Of a stretch of 64,000 nucleotides of DNA, positions 18,155-27,700 are shown piece after piece (positions within the stretch are counted from its first letter, which is position 1; the number at the start of each line of letters is the position of its first letter). Below the pieces are notes generated by a model. It ran no database searches. It worked only from the letters and a program-made list of their open reading frames with translations, and was not told where the DNA came from. Source of the stretch: Bacilli bacterium (lineage in GTDB: Bacteria > Bacillota_I > Bacilli_A > RFN20 > DUOF01); assembly GCA_045128835.1 (NCBI GenBank), contig JBGVRX010000026.1, positions 16,512-80,511 of the forward strand, in the 5' to 3' direction. The position numbers and the translations under genes are program-made.

Positions 18155-18182
18155 TATTTCAAAAGATCACATTATGCGAAGT
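18155..18182 (+). other. degenerate dif-like site (XerD-type arm conserved, XerC arm and centre divergent)
   Basis: tatttcaaaag-atcaca-TTATGCGAAGT. The 11-nt right arm is identical to 15766-15776 and in the same orientation. The shared identity covers 14 nt in total (attatgcgaagtta). Confidence 0.45.
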
Positions 18183-18272
18183 TATGAAAGAAAATAAGTT
18201 TTCTTTAAATTCTTTAATTACAGGACTTATTTGTTAAACGCATATAAAATTACTCTTCTGATGTTTTTGCTT

Positions 18273-18291
18273 GAAATTTAAAGAATTTGGG
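18273..18291 (+). repeat. 19-nt direct repeat, copy 2
   Basis: Identical to 16153-16171. Confidence 0.8.
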
Positions 18292-18303
18292 GCTATATAT
18301 AAC

Positions 18304-18332
18304 AAAAAAGAAGAGTTGTTCCCTTCTCTTCT
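18304..18332 (-). terminator. terminator of the Dps-like gene
   Basis: On the - strand, AGAAGAG...CTCTTCT followed by T6. Confidence 0.6.
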
Positions 18333-18819
18333 ATAATTCATAGTTAGTTAATACTATATTTATATCAAATAACAGATTAGAAAGTATATTTATTGTTTGA
18401 TAATCTTTTTCTTTCTCTGAGATTGATATAGATTCATTTATTAATGATTTTAATGTGTTAAACTCTTTTGTAATATTATTTATAATCATAGATGGCTTGT
18501 AGTCTATTGATGCTAGTGTTTTTATTAGAGATATGTTTTCGATGTCTCCTAGCTGATAGATTGGAAAGCCTTTTTTTATTTTTATTAGTTCTTGTAAAGA
18601 ATCATCATATTTATGCAAAGTATCAATCATTTTATTAAGATGTTCTTTAATTAGATAACTATATTCCCCTTTTACATTAATTTTATAGTTTTTTAGGTTG
18701 TATAGTTCACTATTTAAAGTTGATGACAACTTATTTAGCGATGATACTGTATCGATTTGTCTATACAAATGATTTCTATTATCATTTAGTCCCTCATAAA
18801 AATTATCGTAGTAGTTCAT
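18331..18819 (-). CDS. divergent Dps-like (ferritin-fold) protein
   Basis: Aligns by eye to B. subtilis MrgA/Dps: LN.LS....LY.L.....VKG, then ...D...E.I...G.P, then a C-terminal D..T...L..L. The canonical ferroxidase His positions appear substituted (YKINVKG versus FHWYVKG). Confidence 0.4.
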   Translation of the reverse strand: MNYYDNFYEGLNDNRNHLYRQIDTVSSLNKLSSTLNSELYNLKNYKINVKGEYSYLIKEHLNKMIDTLHKYDDSLQELIKIKKGFPIYQLGDIENISLIKTLASIDYKPSMIINNITKEFNTLKSLINESISISEKEKDYQTINILSNLLFDINIVLTNYEL

Positions 18820-18866
18820 CTGTCTCCTCCCCTACTTATTAATATGAAAATAAGGGACAAATGTTA

Positions 18867-19454
18867 CTAGGCTTTTAGTATAGCTAAGTAATAATGAACT
18901 AATTCATTAATTTTAAGTTTAGTAGAGTATTCTAATAGTTTTTTATAATTTAGATGATCAATTGAGAAATAATAGTTAATGAATTTATAGTACTCTAATT
19001 CATCAAATCTATTTCTATCTCTAATAATGTCACAAACGCATCTTTCGATATCATATACTTTTAATTTGTGGCCTTTATATTCGCATTCTATAACTCCATT
19101 AGTGAAGTTGCTTTTACTGTCATAAAACACTTTAAAATTGCCATATTTTTTAGCATTATAGCTTTGAGGCACACTTATTTGTATTTGTTTATCAATGTTT
19201 TTGTAAAATCCTTGTATTTCTAAAGAAGTGAAATGAGAAAAAATAATCTTTTTACTTTGAGATTGTAAAGTGTAATAAGGATCTGCTTTTTGATTAACTG
19301 TAGAGTATACTCCCCTGTCGACTCGGAATAGTTTTTTATCTTTTACAAGTTTAGTTAGATAAATTCTAGGAATGTTGTTGTCACACACTTCTTTAGTAGT
19401 CACTACTCCCCTATTCTTTTCTGCTAGTTTTAAGATTTGGTTTTCTTGAATCAT
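18867..19454 (-). CDS. AbiEi-family antitoxin-like transcriptional regulator
   Basis: N-terminal wHTH (GVVTTKEVCDNNIPRIYLTKLVKDKKLFRVDRGVY) and a C-terminal domain typical of ~195-aa AbiEi_4-type proteins. TTTACA-17-TATAAT promoter upstream. Confidence 0.6.
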   Translation of the reverse strand: MIQENQILKLAEKNRGVVTTKEVCDNNIPRIYLTKLVKDKKLFRVDRGVYSTVNQKADPYYTLQSQSKKIIFSHFTSLEIQGFYKNIDKQIQISVPQSYNAKKYGNFKVFYDSKSNFTNGVIECEYKGHKLKVYDIERCVCDIIRDRNRFDELEYYKFINYYFSIDHLNYKKLLEYSTKLKINELVHYYLAILKA

Positions 19455-19520
19455 TTTATCACTTTCCTTATTTTCTTTAATTATAATATTAAAAAGAAAG
19501 AATGTAAATTAAAAGGAAAT

Positions 19521-19543
19521 AAAAAAACTGCTTGTTAAGCAGT
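19521..19543 (-). terminator. terminator after rsfS
   Basis: On the - strand, ACTGCTT-aac-AAGCAGT followed by T7. Confidence 0.7.
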
Positions 19544-19545
19544 CC

Positions 19546-19881
19546 TTATTTTAAATATTCAGAAATGTCTACTTGAGGGAATGGAGACCATAATTTTTCT
19601 AAATTATAGTTTTCTCTTTCTTCTTTAGCAAAGATATGGATTACTACTTCTCTAGCATCTACGACAATCCATTTAGAACCTTTACCATCAATCTTTTTGA
19701 TATCATATTCATTTTTAGATAATTCTTCATCGATTGAATTAGCAATTGTAATCATTTGTCTTTCATTAGATGCACTACAAACTACAAAATAATCACATAT
19801 TGGACTTGATTTAGAAACATCAATTGCAATGATATCTTCTCCTTTTTTATCACTTATAGCTTTAATAATTAATTCTAACAC
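19546..19881 (-). CDS. rsfS: ribosome silencing factor RsfS
   Basis: DYFVVCSA..RQ...A and VDA..VVIHIF..E.RE.Y.LEKLW motifs. Confidence 0.9.
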   Translation of the reverse strand: MLELIIKAISDKKGEDIIAIDVSKSSPICDYFVVCSASNERQMITIANSIDEELSKNEYDIKKIDGKGSKWIVVDAREVVIHIFAKEERENYNLEKLWSPFPQVDISEYLK

Positions 19882-20959
19882 CGTTAATCTCTCCTTTTAA
19901 ATAATATTCAATGGCTTGTTTAGTTGATTTGCTCATTGTCTTTAATTCGTCTTTTTTGATTGAATAGTTTACTTTATCCTTTAATACTTCAATAAATCCA
20001 TTATTCAAGTCTTTAATACACTCATTAATGAATGGAGTCGTATCATACGGTCTTAATGGATCTAGTTTATCACTTACATACACTAATTTGGCTAATTTAG
20101 ACATATTTTCTTCTGCAGTAGTGTGATACTTAATAGCTTCTAATATTTCTTCATCTGTAATATAAAAGTTCTTTTTAGCTAAATATTCTCCTATATATTG
20201 ATGGAAGATGTAATTTAGTTCATTAATTCTATCAGGATAGTGCTTTTCTATCATTTTAGTAAGTTGTATATTAGTATATTCTCTTGCCACATCATGAAGC
20301 ATAGTCGCCGCAATAACTTTATTTTTATCTAATCCAGTCTTGTTTGATTTATAAATCTTAAGAGCTAAATCTCTAACAGATTTTACATGTTTCATTCTTT
20401 TAGGAGTTAAATATTTCTTTACTTGTTGCTCTAAATACACATTGTTTTCAATGATATATTTTTTTACTTCAGGATGTATATTTGCATAGTGTCCTTCTTT
20501 TATATAACTGCTTGAAATGTTATAGGTTTTGTTGTTTAGATAGATATAGTCTTTATTAGTACTAGTTTCATTACATCTAGACGCTATAATAAACTTAAAT
20601 TTATTTTTTATTACATCAAATCTATACCATTTTGTTAGGTTATTTATTTGATCTTGCCCTACTAGAATATAATATTCGTTATCATCATTACAGAAATCTA
20701 ATAGCTTATCATATGTATCATCTAAATTTTTATAATCAAATTTAATATCTAAGATATCAAACTTCTTTTTACCTTTAATAGCAAGTTCAACCATTTTCTT
20801 TCTTTTAAAAAAAGGCGCTAAATTCTTTGAATTTGAGTTCTTATTAAGTCCAAAGTATAATTTATCACCTTTTATAAGTTTTAAGGCTTCTGAAGCTATT
20901 TTGGTGTGCCCATTATGAATTGGATCAAAACTGCCATAAAACAATATTATCTTTTTCAT
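19862..20959 (-). CDS. NadD-like nucleotidyltransferase fused to YqeK HD-domain hydrolase
   Basis: N-terminal GSFDPIHNGH and ISSSYIKEG; C-terminal HVKSV...MLHDVARE...KYHT HD domain. One uninterrupted 365-aa ORF. Confidence 0.75.
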   Translation of the reverse strand: MKKIILFYGSFDPIHNGHTKIASEALKLIKGDKLYFGLNKNSNSKNLAPFFKRKKMVELAIKGKKKFDILDIKFDYKNLDDTYDKLLDFCNDDNEYYILVGQDQINNLTKWYRFDVIKNKFKFIIASRCNETSTNKDYIYLNNKTYNISSSYIKEGHYANIHPEVKKYIIENNVYLEQQVKKYLTPKRMKHVKSVRDLALKIYKSNKTGLDKNKVIAATMLHDVAREYTNIQLTKMIEKHYPDRINELNYIFHQYIGEYLAKKNFYITDEEILEAIKYHTTAEENMSKLAKLVYVSDKLDPLRPYDTTPFINECIKDLNNGFIEVLKDKVNYSIKKDELKTMSKSTKQAIEYYLKGEINGVRINY

Positions 20960-21243
20960 TATAATTGGATTATTTGTTTTTTAGATTTTCTATAAAAAAC
21001 AACGTTCCTTCCTATTATTTGAATAAGATCACTATTAGTTCTACTAGAAATATCTAAAGCAATTTCTTTAATATTAGAAGTACAATTCTTTAAAACACTT
21101 ATTTTAATCAATTCATGAGCCTCTAATGCATCATTTAATCCTTTTATAAGATTATCACTTAATCCTTCTTTCCCTACTTGGAAAATAGGTCTTAATTCCA
21201 TTGCTAATGAACGCAATTTAACTTTTTGTTTTGTAGTTAACAT
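20959..21243 (-). CDS. yhbY: YhbY/YqeI CRM-domain RNA-binding protein
   Basis: 94 aa. LT.KQK..LR..A..L.P.FQVGKEGL....... pattern, with yqeH-yqeI-nadD synteny. Confidence 0.85.
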   Translation of the reverse strand: MLTTKQKVKLRSLAMELRPIFQVGKEGLSDNLIKGLNDALEAHELIKISVLKNCTSNIKEIALDISSRTNSDLIQIIGRNVVFYRKSKKQIIQL

Positions 21244-22358
21244 TAAATTAAAGCCTCCCTCACGTATACATTACAGTTTTTAGGTACATAGACTTCAATC
21301 TTTTGATTAGTATATTCAAAACTAACCCATCCATATCCAGAAATAACTACATCTACTTTACCTGGTTTTTCTATTACAATTTCTTTACGAATTAAGTTAT
21401 CTATTGAAGTAATTCTATTTGAATTAGGTTGAATAGATTTAGAACCTACGATACTGTTGAATGAAGCATCTTTCTTTTCTAATTTAGTTCTATGTACTTT
21501 AACAAAAGTAGAGAAATAACAAGTGAATCCAGTTTCATTACCTTCTACAAAATCAAATGTAGCAAGTCCACCAATAAATAAAGATTGGCTTGATTTTAAT
21601 TGATATGTTAAAGGTTTGATTTCTTTTCTTGGAAGTAAATATTTTAGAATTCTTGGCTCTACTGCATAAAGCATAGAATCTTTTTGAATAATACCAGGAG
21701 TATCATAAATATAAGATTTTCTATCTAAAGGAATTCTTATTACATTTAAAGTAGTACCAGGGAAAGAACTTGTAGTAATAAACTTATCTGTTTCGTTACT
21801 ATAATTCTTTAACAAAGAGTTAATGAACGTAGATTTACCTACATTTGCATTACCAATAATATAAACGTCTTTACCCTCTCTTAAACTATCAATCTTATCC
21901 ATAATTAAATCTGTATTATAGTTAGTTTGACCACTACACATAATAACATCAATTACATTATTAATATTGATATTTGCTAGTTTAGATTTAATCCATTCAA
22001 GTAATTTTTCATCTTTAACTGCTGAAGGAATTAAATCCCTCTTATTAGCTAAAACTAAAATCTTGTTATTACCCAAATATTTATTTAAATCTTTAATTAA
22101 ACTAGATTCAAAGTTAAAGACATCTAAAACGTAAACTAATAAAGCATCTTCTTTACCAATGTTTCTTAAAATAGTTATGTAGTCCTCTTCTACTAATTGA
22201 ATTTCACTATTAGTGTTGTAATGTTGCAGTTTAAAACATCTTTGACACAAGATATTTTCCTTTGTTTCTAAAATTTTGTCAGGAACATATCCAGGTTTTG
22301 TTTCATCCTCACATTGCAAAATTTGTCCGCATCCATAACAGTATAACTTTTCTTCCAT
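21243..22358 (-). CDS. yqeH: ribosome-biogenesis GTPase YqeH
   Basis: N-terminal CxxC...CxxC zinc finger, circularly permuted GTPase (NKRDL ... GNANVGKST). Confidence 0.88.
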   Translation of the reverse strand: MEEKLYCYGCGQILQCEDETKPGYVPDKILETKENILCQRCFKLQHYNTNSEIQLVEEDYITILRNIGKEDALLVYVLDVFNFESSLIKDLNKYLGNNKILVLANKRDLIPSAVKDEKLLEWIKSKLANININNVIDVIMCSGQTNYNTDLIMDKIDSLREGKDVYIIGNANVGKSTFINSLLKNYSNETDKFITTSSFPGTTLNVIRIPLDRKSYIYDTPGIIQKDSMLYAVEPRILKYLLPRKEIKPLTYQLKSSQSLFIGGLATFDFVEGNETGFTCYFSTFVKVHRTKLEKKDASFNSIVGSKSIQPNSNRITSIDNLIRKEIVIEKPGKVDVVISGYGWVSFEYTNQKIEVYVPKNCNVYVREALI

Positions 22359-22360
22359 AA

Positions 22361-22882
22361 CTATTCCCCCTTCATTATGCTAACAAGTTTACCTTGCTTT
22401 TTATATTTATTTCTAATAACACGATCTATTCTTCTATTAAAGAAAGTGAAAATAGATTCTTTCTTTTGTAAAGGATCTACTAATATAGATATGCATCCAG
22501 CCTTATTTGCACACCACATATCAGTTAAAAGTTGATCACCTACAAAAGCACATTCATTTATATTAAGAGAATTATTTTTCAAGAATTTCAATAATTTTTT
22601 ACTGCCAGGTTTACCAGTTGATGATAAGAATCTTAAATCACATGGAGAACAGAATTTTGTTAACCTAGTGTTATTGTTGTTAGAAACTACTATCAACTCA
22701 ACATTATTAGTTTTAAGAGTATCAATAAATGCTTTTACCTTTTCAGTTGGTTCAGCAACATCATATCCAACTATTGTATTATCTAAATCAGATAGCAAGT
22801 ATTTAACATTTAATGACTTAAGTTTCTCTAAATCAATATCATATATACTTTTTGAATACCACTTTGGTAAAATCTTTGGCAT
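22361..22882 (-). CDS. yqeG: YqeG-family HAD-IIIA phosphatase
   Basis: LLSDLDNT motif I and VGDQLLTD motif. Synteny with yqeH. Confidence 0.85.
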   Translation of the reverse strand: MPKILPKWYSKSIYDIDLEKLKSLNVKYLLSDLDNTIVGYDVAEPTEKVKAFIDTLKTNNVELIVVSNNNNTRLTKFCSPCDLRFLSSTGKPGSKKLLKFLKNNSLNINECAFVGDQLLTDMWCANKAGCISILVDPLQKKESIFTFFNRRIDRVIRNKYKKQGKLVSIMKGE

Positions 22883-22970
22883 ATAAAAAATCACCCAAAT
22901 TTATTGTACTTCAAAATAGTAGAATTTAAAAGAGTTTAAGAGCATTAAATTTAATATATAGGAGGTTTAT

Positions 22971-23666
22971 ATGTTTAATTTTATATATGATTTAATTAAA
23001 GAAGTGTCTTTATTTGTAGGATACCTTAAAAATGGTGCATACCCTACCCCTTTAAGTAAAGAAGAAGAGGAATATTATGTTAACGAGTTATTTAATGGAA
23101 ATAAGGAATCAGGAAGAAAAAAACTAATTGAACATAACCTAAGACTTGTAATTCATATTGCTAAAAAGTATGAAGGAAGTGGTGAAATACAAGATGATTT
23201 GTTTTCCATAGGTACGATTGGTTTAATTAAAGCAGTAGATTCTTTTTCTAGTGATAAAGGAGTAAAAATTGCTACTTATGCCGCTAAATGTATAGAGAAC
23301 GAAATATTAATGCATTTAAGAGCAAACAAAAGAAATTTTCAAATCGCTTCCCTTTCAGAATCAATAGGAACTGATAAAGACGGTGATGAGTTAACTTTAA
23401 TGGATGTTATCTCAGACAATCAAGAAAGTATATCTGATAAATTAAAACATAAAGATAGACTTAATATTTTAGCGTGTAACCTTAATATTCTAGATAATAA
23501 AGAAAAAGAAATAATTGATTTAAGGTATGGAATAAATGGTATTGAATTAACTCAAAAAGAAATTGCCAAGAAATTTAAAATTTCCCGTTCCTATGTTTCA
23601 AGAATAGAAAAAAGAGCTCTTATCAAGCTCTTAAATCAAATTAAAAAAGAAGAAAACGATAATTAG
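22971..23666 (+). CDS. sigK: sporulation sigma factor SigK (pro-sigma-K), uninterrupted
   Basis: The pro-sequence and SLFVGYLKNGAYPTPLS match B. subtilis [48 protein letters not shown]. Confidence 0.85.
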   Translation: MFNFIYDLIKEVSLFVGYLKNGAYPTPLSKEEEEYYVNELFNGNKESGRKKLIEHNLRLVIHIAKKYEGSGEIQDDLFSIGTIGLIKAVDSFSSDKGVKIATYAAKCIENEILMHLRANKRNFQIASLSESIGTDKDGDELTLMDVISDNQESISDKLKHKDRLNILACNLNILDNKEKEIIDLRYGINGIELTQKEIAKKFKISRSYVSRIEKRALIKLLNQIKKEENDN

Positions 23667-24154
23667 AAATAAATATCGTACAAAGTATCGATAATAATAT
23701 TAATAATAGCCTTTTTAGAATCTTCTCTTTGAGGATTATTAATAGTTATTACTTTACTAAAGAATTTCTTTTCTATTAATTGATATATAGAAAAATAGAC
23801 AATACCACCTTTGTTTTCTAAAGGATCAGTTAAGTTTAAATTACCACTTACACCAATACCTATATCACTTCCTGTTAAAAGACATATAGATTTAGCCATA
23901 GCTTTTGATGTTTCAAGGCTATAAACTCCAAATTTTTCTATAATACGAGGGTCAACGCCCATTTTAACTTTATACTCATTAGAATATGTAACGACTCCAT
24001 AATGGAACACTTCGCTAGCGCCTTCAACATTAGTAATAACACTACTAACGCCTCCGCCAGTACAAGATTCCATAGTCGATATAGTATGATGTTCTCTAGT
24101 CATTTTTGCAACTACTTCTTTTAATCTTTCATACTTTACATTCATTCTAATCAA
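23663..24154 (-). CDS. pncC: CinA C-terminal domain / nicotinamide-nucleotide amidase PncC-like
   Basis: TMESCTGGGVSS...GVVTYSNE.K motifs. Confidence 0.8.
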   Translation of the reverse strand: MIRMNVKYERLKEVVAKMTREHHTISTMESCTGGGVSSVITNVEGASEVFHYGVVTYSNEYKVKMGVDPRIIEKFGVYSLETSKAMAKSICLLTGSDIGIGVSGNLNLTDPLENKGGIVYFSIYQLIEKKFFSKVITINNPQREDSKKAIINIIIDTLYDIYF

Positions 24155-24735
24155 ACTCCTTTATATAAATGTTTTTCTAGTATGTAATCTTTTACAGGGG
24201 CACTCAAACAAGCATCTAAATTATTTCCTTTTTTGACGCTTTCTCTTATTAATGTTGAACTAAGATTACCTACTGGTTCTTTTATTATAAACTTATTTTT
24301 CCAATTTGTAAAATTATTATTTATATACCCATCTATATTTAGGTCATTTCTACCGAAAACTATAAAGGAATTTCCACTCAATAAGTCCATATAATTTTTC
24401 CAAGTATTAAGTTCAAATAAGTTATCTGCGCCTATTATTAAATACAATTCATCATCTTTATATTTTTCCTTTAAAATAGCCATATTTTGATATGTATAAT
24501 GATATTCTTCCCTCTCAATATCGCTTATCACAATGTTTTCGTTATTTTTAAAAGCTAATTTAAGCATTTCATATCTATCTTTAAAAGATACTAAATTACT
24601 TTTTAAATGATACTTATCACTTGTAGGCACTACTACTATTTTATCTACTGTTTTATCATTTAATAAATTATTTGCAATCTCTTCATGATCTAAATGAACT
24701 GGATTAAAACTTCCAATATATACTCCTATTTTCAT
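24151..24735 (-). CDS. nadD: second NadD-family nucleotide adenylyltransferase (H-L-D-H variant)
   Basis: GSFNPVHLDH and LSSTLIRE motifs. ATGA overlap with pncC. Confidence 0.7.
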   Translation of the reverse strand: MKIGVYIGSFNPVHLDHEEIANNLLNDKTVDKIVVVPTSDKYHLKSNLVSFKDRYEMLKLAFKNNENIVISDIEREEYHYTYQNMAILKEKYKDDELYLIIGADNLFELNTWKNYMDLLSGNSFIVFGRNDLNIDGYINNNFTNWKNKFIIKEPVGNLSSTLIRESVKKGNNLDACLSAPVKDYILEKHLYKGV

Positions 24736-27700
24736 ACTTTACGATACTCCCCTTTAAACAATGAATATAAGTATAAATTGACTTGTTTATTTGAAATCTT
24801 CTCAATATAACTCTTATATCCATTCAATTGGTTAATATAAGCCTCATCATCAATGTTTGACAACTTATAATCAATAATATCAATATAGTCATCATATGCT
24901 ATCATAAGGTCTATAAAACCATGCTTTTCATCATTACCTTCTTTATATATAAATTCATACTCTTTATAGACTTTACCCTCTTTAACATTCTTTAACAAAT
25001 CGCACTTAAGGAATTTTCCTAATATTCTTTTATCGTTATCATCTAAAGAATATTTGTTAATGTCATCTTTTGCAAAATCCATCTTTTCTAAAACACCATG
25101 TAATCGATTACCTTTATTCATGATAGCGATAGTTTCTTCATTAATTAATTCATGTTGCTTTTTAGAAAAGCTACTTTCTTCAACAACACTATTATCAATC
25201 TTTATTTCTTTTAAAATCATTTTATCATTAGAATTACCTTTTAATGTTTTTAAACTCTTAAAATACTTATATTGATCAGTTATATCATAATCTTGTAACT
25301 CAATATTCTTAAAATAATTAGATAAAGTATTTTGAGCATATTTTATTAAATCATAGAAACTTTTTGTTTCACTCATTCCTTCTTTAGGAGTTGTTTGATC
25401 ACTGAAGTCTCCGACAATTATCATTTTTTCTTTTGCTCTAGATAGCGCTACATATAATAACCTTATTTTTTCACTTATTTCTTCTTTATAATATTTATCA
25501 AAGTACAAATATTTACCGATATTTGTAAATTTTTCATTATTTATATAAAAAGGCAATAAGATTCCATATTCATTATCATAAATAAACTTTTTCTTTGAAT
25601 CAAATTCGCTAAATTTCTTATTAAATCCAGCAAAATAACAAATATTAAACTCTAATCCTTTAGAACCATGAATAGTCATTATTTTAACTGAATTCATTGA
25701 ATTTTTTCTAACAGGTAATTCTATTTTAAATTCTTTATCAATAACTGAATCAAAGTACTCTACTACTTGATTTAGATCATACCCTAAAGTATTTAAATCG
25801 GTCATTAAATCACTAATATAATGAATAATTGCGTTAATATCATCAATATCTCTACATTTACTAACCTTATAGAAAACATCAAGTTTATTAAGAAGATAAT
25901 CATTAATTTGAATAATAGACAAGAATTCAAAATTATCTATCAATTCCTTTAAATCTTCATAAACAGTAGTCTCATAATACTTATTTTCATTAATAACATC
26001 AAACAAATAATCATCACTATATTCATATAAGAAACTTCTTGCTACAGACATGAAGGAATGCTTAAATTCACTATCAAATTCCTTTTTATAGAACTTAATA
26101 ATTAACTTATAAATATTCTTAAAACATAAAAGTTCATCACTAAAAGTTAAGTTGCTATTCTTATAAGAACTCATAGGAATTTGTAAATATTCAAATACTT
26201 TTTGATACGTATCGAATGGTTCTTTTCTATCAATTAAGATAGTGATATCACCATATTCTAACTTTCTTTGAACATTTTCATCCTTATCATACACCATATA
26301 ATTATTCTCTATTTTATTAATGATATCTTTACCTATAATAAAAGCCTCAATCTCATCTCTAGAATAATTAAAATCTTTATCTTTTACATAATTATATATC
26401 TCCAAACTATTAGATTGATTAGCAAACACATTATCATTATACGATAAATTGCCAAAAACAAATTCATGCCCTTTAGAGTAATTAACTCCCCCATATTCTC
26501 CATCCATAATCTTATTAAACAAGACATTAATGTCATCTAGCACTTCTTTCCTAGATCTAAAATTACGCATTAAATTAATTACTTTACCCTTGCTAGTATC
26601 TTTAGAATAAGTATCATATTTATCAGAAAATATTCTTGGATTAGCGTTTCTAAAACGATAAATAGATTGCTTGATATCTCCAACCATATAAACATTATTA
26701 TTAGAAATATAACCAATTAATGTTTCTTGAATATCACTAGTATCTTGATATTCATCTAACATTATTTCTTTAATACTATCTTTAATTTCTTTACAAATTG
26801 AAGGATTATCTTTTAATAAAATAATAGCTAATTTAGCAATATCAATAAACTCAAACATTTCATTATCAAACTTAATTTTAGTTATCTTTTCATTAACTAA
26901 CTTAAGAATATCTATTAATTCTTTCTCAAAAACTAAATTTTCTTTTAAAGAATTAATAATTAACGCTTTCTTATCACAATCAATAAGTTTCTTAATTTGC
27001 TCTCTTACTGTACCCATCTTTTTCTTGTTTTTCAAGAAAGTTTCGTTAATATTTTTTGTTTTTCTAAACTTGCCTAAATTAAAGTTAATATTACTAGCAA
27101 TTACATCAAAATCATTACTTTCAATCAAAACCTCTAAAGTTTTAGAAAACTCTTCAAACATCGCTTCATCTTCTTCACTTTCAAGAGTGTTTTCTATCTC
27201 ATAATATAACTCTCTAAGTTTCTCCATTTCAGATAATATTTTAGCGTTGTAATCATTCCATAACTTCTTAACTTTATCATCGTTTAAATAGTTTTCATAT
27301 TCATTCAAAAACTTCTCTTTTTCAATGATTAAATCAAACTTTTCATTCAAATCATAAATAAGGTCTTTAAAGTCCTCATCATCTTTCAAACAGAATTTAT
27401 TTATTAGATAAACGAATTCATCTTTTTTATCTTTATATTTATCTTCCATTATTTCATCAATAACTTTATATTTTTCTAATTTAAGTGCAGCGTCATTAAC
27501 TATTTTTACACTACTAGAAACATTTAATAAATAATGGTATTTCTTTACTAAAGACAAAGCAAAACTATCAAAAGTAGTAATATACGCACTATCCAACAAA
27601 TCTAATTGTTCCTTTAAATCAGGTTCTTTTTTTATCGCTTTACGTATTCTTTGTTTCATTTCTGCAGCAGCGGCGTTTGTAAAAGTTAAAACTAGCAATT

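Larger units (their letters stand above)
15777..18171. mobile_element. candidate Xer-dependent integrated plasmid-like element (IMEX), no integrase
   Basis: Bounded by the dif-like site and a second site sharing the identical 11-nt XerD-type arm in direct orientation. Carries Rep-like HTH and RHH genes, small ORFs, candidate RNAs, and a GC-rich hairpin. Confidence 0.45.

Noticed and set aside
18331-19454. Canonical AbiEi/AbiEii type IV toxin-antitoxin pair.
   Set aside because: The downstream protein is too short (162 aa), has no nucleotidyltransferase motif, and looks Dps-like. Only the AbiEi-like half is supported.
22971-23666. Checked sigK for a skin-like intervening element.
   Set aside because: The ORF is continuous and full length, so there is no interruption in this window.
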